This document shows, piece after piece, positions 61,724 to 64,000 of a stretch of DNA of 64,000 nt (the first letter of the stretch is position 1; each line of letters begins with the position of its first letter). The position numbers were made by a program, and so were the translations under genes. Source of the stretch: Burkholderiales bacterium (GTDB taxonomy: Bacteria; Pseudomonadota; Gammaproteobacteria; Burkholderiales; Burkholderiaceae_C); NCBI GenBank assembly GCA_038204335.1, contig JBBRDA010000001.1, positions 12,468 to 76,467 on the forward strand. Reading direction: 5' to 3'. A model generated the notes under the pieces. The model worked only from the letters and a program-made list of their open reading frames with translations. It did no database searches and was not told the DNA's origin.

Positions 61724-62442
61724 TGTTTGCAAGCCTGACAAAGTGCAGGCGAAGGGTCGGGGTTATGGCGCTGGCGACAGTCGCGGCGCTTTACGGCTGC
61801 GGCATCACAGAGGCGAATGCCGCTACGTTGCAGGCCGTCAGGGGTAACGTCACCGTGGTACGGGCAGGCGTCGTGCTGCCCGCAGTCAACGGGATGCGCC
61901 TAGAGGCCGGAGACGAGTTAAGAAGCGCCGTTGACAGCAGCGAGGCGGGTGAGGCGCTGGTCCGGTTTGACGACGGCGGCTTTCTGGCCATTCGTACCGG
62001 CTCTGCGATGCAGATCAAGCGGCTGCCGCCGCAAGACGCTATCTCAGATGCTGCTAATGCTGTCCTCAATGCGGCGGTCTATCTGATACGCGGCGGCATG
62101 CGCTTTGTGACCAGCAAAGCAACGCGCAAGTACGCCACCGTGTTTGAAACACCCACGGCCACGATCGGTATTCGGGGCACCGACCTTGAAATCCTGATCA
62201 GCGATCTGGCGCTGCTGGACAACAATCCCGGCACCTATTTAAAGGTCAACACTGGGGCGGCCATCATCACCGCTCCCAACGGCGCTGTGGTGGAGGTGCT
62301 GCCAGGGGAGGTCGCTTACGGTGGAGAGCCAGAGCTTGTCGCGAGAGGCGCTGGCGGGGTTAGGCGCAGCGCTGCGAGGAAGGTGGAGGTAACGGCTGAG
62401 GGGCTGTTCAAGCCATCCACTTTGGATCAGTTCATGCGGTGA
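61723..62442 (+). CDS. FecR-domain lipoprotein
   Basis: Lipobox LYGCG. FecR-like beta-rich body (GNVTVVRAG...LRSAVDSSEAGEALVRFDDGGFLAIRTGSAMQI). Confidence 0.6.
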   Translation: MFASLTKCRRRVGVMALATVAALYGCGITEANAATLQAVRGNVTVVRAGVVLPAVNGMRLEAGDELRSAVDSSEAGEALVRFDDGGFLAIRTGSAMQIKRLPPQDAISDAANAVLNAAVYLIRGGMRFVTSKATRKYATVFETPTATIGIRGTDLEILISDLALLDNNPGTYLKVNTGAAIITAPNGAVVEVLPGEVAYGGEPELVARGAGGVRRSAARKVEVTAEGLFKPSTLDQFMR

Positions 62443-62483
62443 TGGTCAGTCATCGTCGCGCGGGCTTGGCGCGAGGGCCCGCG

Positions 62484-64000
62484 CTATTTGCTGGCGACTC
62501 GGGTGAAGTCGCCTGAAATAAGGTCCGAACCACCCCAAGTGGACCTTACAGCAAACTTGTATTGCACTGGAATTGCGAAACTGTCTGAATACTCTGCTTG
62601 CCAAGTCCCGTAGCGACCCAGGTTAGTGGGCGAACCTGGTGGGCGATATGAAATTTCAACCTCCAACACCGCCCGCTGACCTGTTACGCTTTTGACTTTC
62701 CATGCCAAACTGACCGGTACATCAGGCACCCCCGAAAACTCAACAACCGCTGATCCATTCCTACCCGCCTGAAGCGGGAATTTCCAAAAATTTCCTCCCT
62801 TTAGCTCTGCAACAAAAGTACCCATTCGAGCCGAGAGCACTTGACCATCACCATTTATTTTGTCGCCAGTGCTATACGAAATCAGTTGATCTGTTTTCTC
62901 TAAAACCACCACATCAATTGTTTGCTTTTTGTTGGTAATCTGGTCCGTAACGACCACCTGACCAAGCACACCGGATGAGATGCTGGGCTGCACTGCCTGC
63001 ACAGACGCCACAGCTACCGCAGTACCGGCTGGCTTGGCTGCTTGAGCTGCAACCTGAACCGCCTGAGCCGCCTGCGCATTGGCCACAGCCACTGCAACCA
63101 CCTTGCTATCAGCAAGCCTTATTTTGGCCAGCCCTACAAACAAACCATTGGGAAACTGGGCAATATAAGTCTCTAGCTCAGACGGCCTGTTGCTGACCTT
63201 GATGTTGTCCCAGAACGCCATGTCCTGGGCCTGCCTTTCGGCTTGCGCTTGTTGCGATTGTTGAGCAGCGCGGTCTGCTGCTGCGGCTGCATCGGCTGCG
63301 GCTCTGTCAGACGCCGATGGGCCACTGGCTGCGGCTTTCAACGCGGCCATCCTTGCTTTGGCAACATCGGTAAAAAATCCGCTCGGGTACTTGTTGACGT
63401 AGGCCTGAAGTTCTCCCGGTACCGTGCTGGCTTTGACGCTGTCCCATAGCGCCATTTCTATTTGTACCGGATCAGGCCCGCTTGGCCTTGGGGCGGCAAT
63501 GGGCTGAGGTGGTGGCGCAGGCGCGGCCACGACGACCGGGGTTTTGAAGAAGAACTGGCCTTCTAGGGCTGTGTTTTCCCACGGGGTTTGCTGGTTGTTG
63601 CTGGCGCGCCTGACTGCAGCACGTACTTGCTTGAACACTTCTTCAACCGGCAGACCGGGTTGCTGCATGACGCGGGCAAACTGCTCTGTGTAAAGCCCGT
63701 TTCTGCCGCTGCCGTCACTGGCCACCGAACCGGGCGCCGTCGAGTAGGCTACCAGTGAGCCGCTGGGTGCGCTCATGGTGGCTAGGCCGACTGATGCTGA
63801 ACGGGTGTTTTTTGCGAACGGGTTGTCGCGGCAGGCGTCCAGCACGATCAGATTCATTCGGTTCTTGGCGGACTCCATTTTCTCAAGTACCGACTGGGCG
63901 TCGATGGAGTCGAAAGCGACTTCGTCTTCGCTCTTGATATCTGCGTCAACTGGAATCAAATAATTGTTGCCGCGTACCTGCACGCCGTGGCCGGCAAAGT
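62484..64000 (-). CDS. Caspase-family (peptidase C14) protein, 5' end outside window
   Basis: Frame open to base 64000. FAGHGVQ and LDACRDNPF catalytic His/Cys contexts. Two ~40-aa internal repeats (WD..K.S....EL..Y...P.G.F...AK.R), then a beta-rich C-terminal domain. Confidence 0.75.
   Translation of the reverse strand, partial: FAGHGVQVRGNNYLIPVDADIKSEDEVAFDSIDAQSVLEKMESAKNRMNLIVLDACRDNPFAKNTRSASVGLATMSAPSGSLVAYSTAPGSVASDGSGRNGLYTEQFARVMQQPGLPVEEVFKQVRAAVRRASNNQQTPWENTALEGQFFFKTPVVVAAPAPPPQPIAAPRPSGPDPVQIEMALWDSVKASTVPGELQAYVNKYPSGFFTDVAKARMAALKAAASGPSASDRAAADAAAAADRAAQQSQQAQAERQAQDMAFWDNIKVSNRPSELETYIAQFPNGLFVGLAKIRLADSKVVAVAVANAQAAQAVQVAAQAAKPAGTAVAVASVQAVQPSISSGVLGQVVVTDQITNKKQTIDVVVLEKTDQLISYSTGDKINGDGQVLSARMGTFVAELKGGNFWKFPLQAGRNGSAVVEFSGVPDVPVSLAWKVKSVTGQRAVLEVEISYRPPGSPTNLGRYGTWQAEYSDSFAIPVQYKFAVRSTWGGSDLISGDFTRVASK

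Overview
High-GC proteobacterial chromosome segment. Gene content and synteny (dat-ybeD-lipB-lipA, F1Fo atp operon) look betaproteobacterial/Burkholderiales-like, but that is an inference only. Bases 1 to ~30.4 kb are a large part of a photosynthesis gene cluster (PGC). On the + strand: bchL(partial)-bchM-lhaA-puhA-puhB-puhC-acsF-puhE-crtI-crtB and a short BLUF photoreceptor gene. On the - strand there is a ~20 kb co-directional block: bchI-bchD-bchO / crtE-crtF / bchC-X-Y-Z / pufB-(extra beta-like ORF)-pufA-pufL-pufM-pufC / crtA-crtD-crtC-membrane ORF-SDR. Bases 30.4-48.7 kb are a mosaic of small accessory cassettes: DUF1499, ChrR-like cupin, flavin reductase, HAD, tRNA-Arg(CCG), membrane-anchored dihaem cytochrome c, VOC, BrnT/BrnA toxin-antitoxin, YciI plus ECF sigma, an AT-rich PIN islet, hydrolases, Lhr-PdeM DNA-damage pair, LemA-TPM-TPM, cNMP-binding protein and an atypical response regulator. 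These cassettes are separated by copies of a ~68 bp dispersed repeat. Bases 48.9-56.2 kb carry the complete atpIBEFHAGDC operon. After it come a CopD-like membrane protein, an MBL-fold lipoprotein, DUF2062, a class IV aminotransferase, ybeD, lipB, lipA, a FecR-domain lipoprotein and a partial caspase-family gene. Main second-look items: (1) a histidine-less LH1-beta paralogue encoded between pufB and pufA, while the real 49-aa pufB falls below the ORF-track cutoff; (2) a 226-379 nt out-of-frame crtD/crtC overlap, and an SDR plus membrane protein translationally coupled to crtADC; (3) tandem PpsR/CrtJ-type palindromes over sigma70-like promoters at bchC and crtE; (4) a repeat family with copies inserted in frame in lhr and lipB and supplying the 5' ends of two exported proteins. 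No rRNA, CRISPR array or transposase gene was seen.
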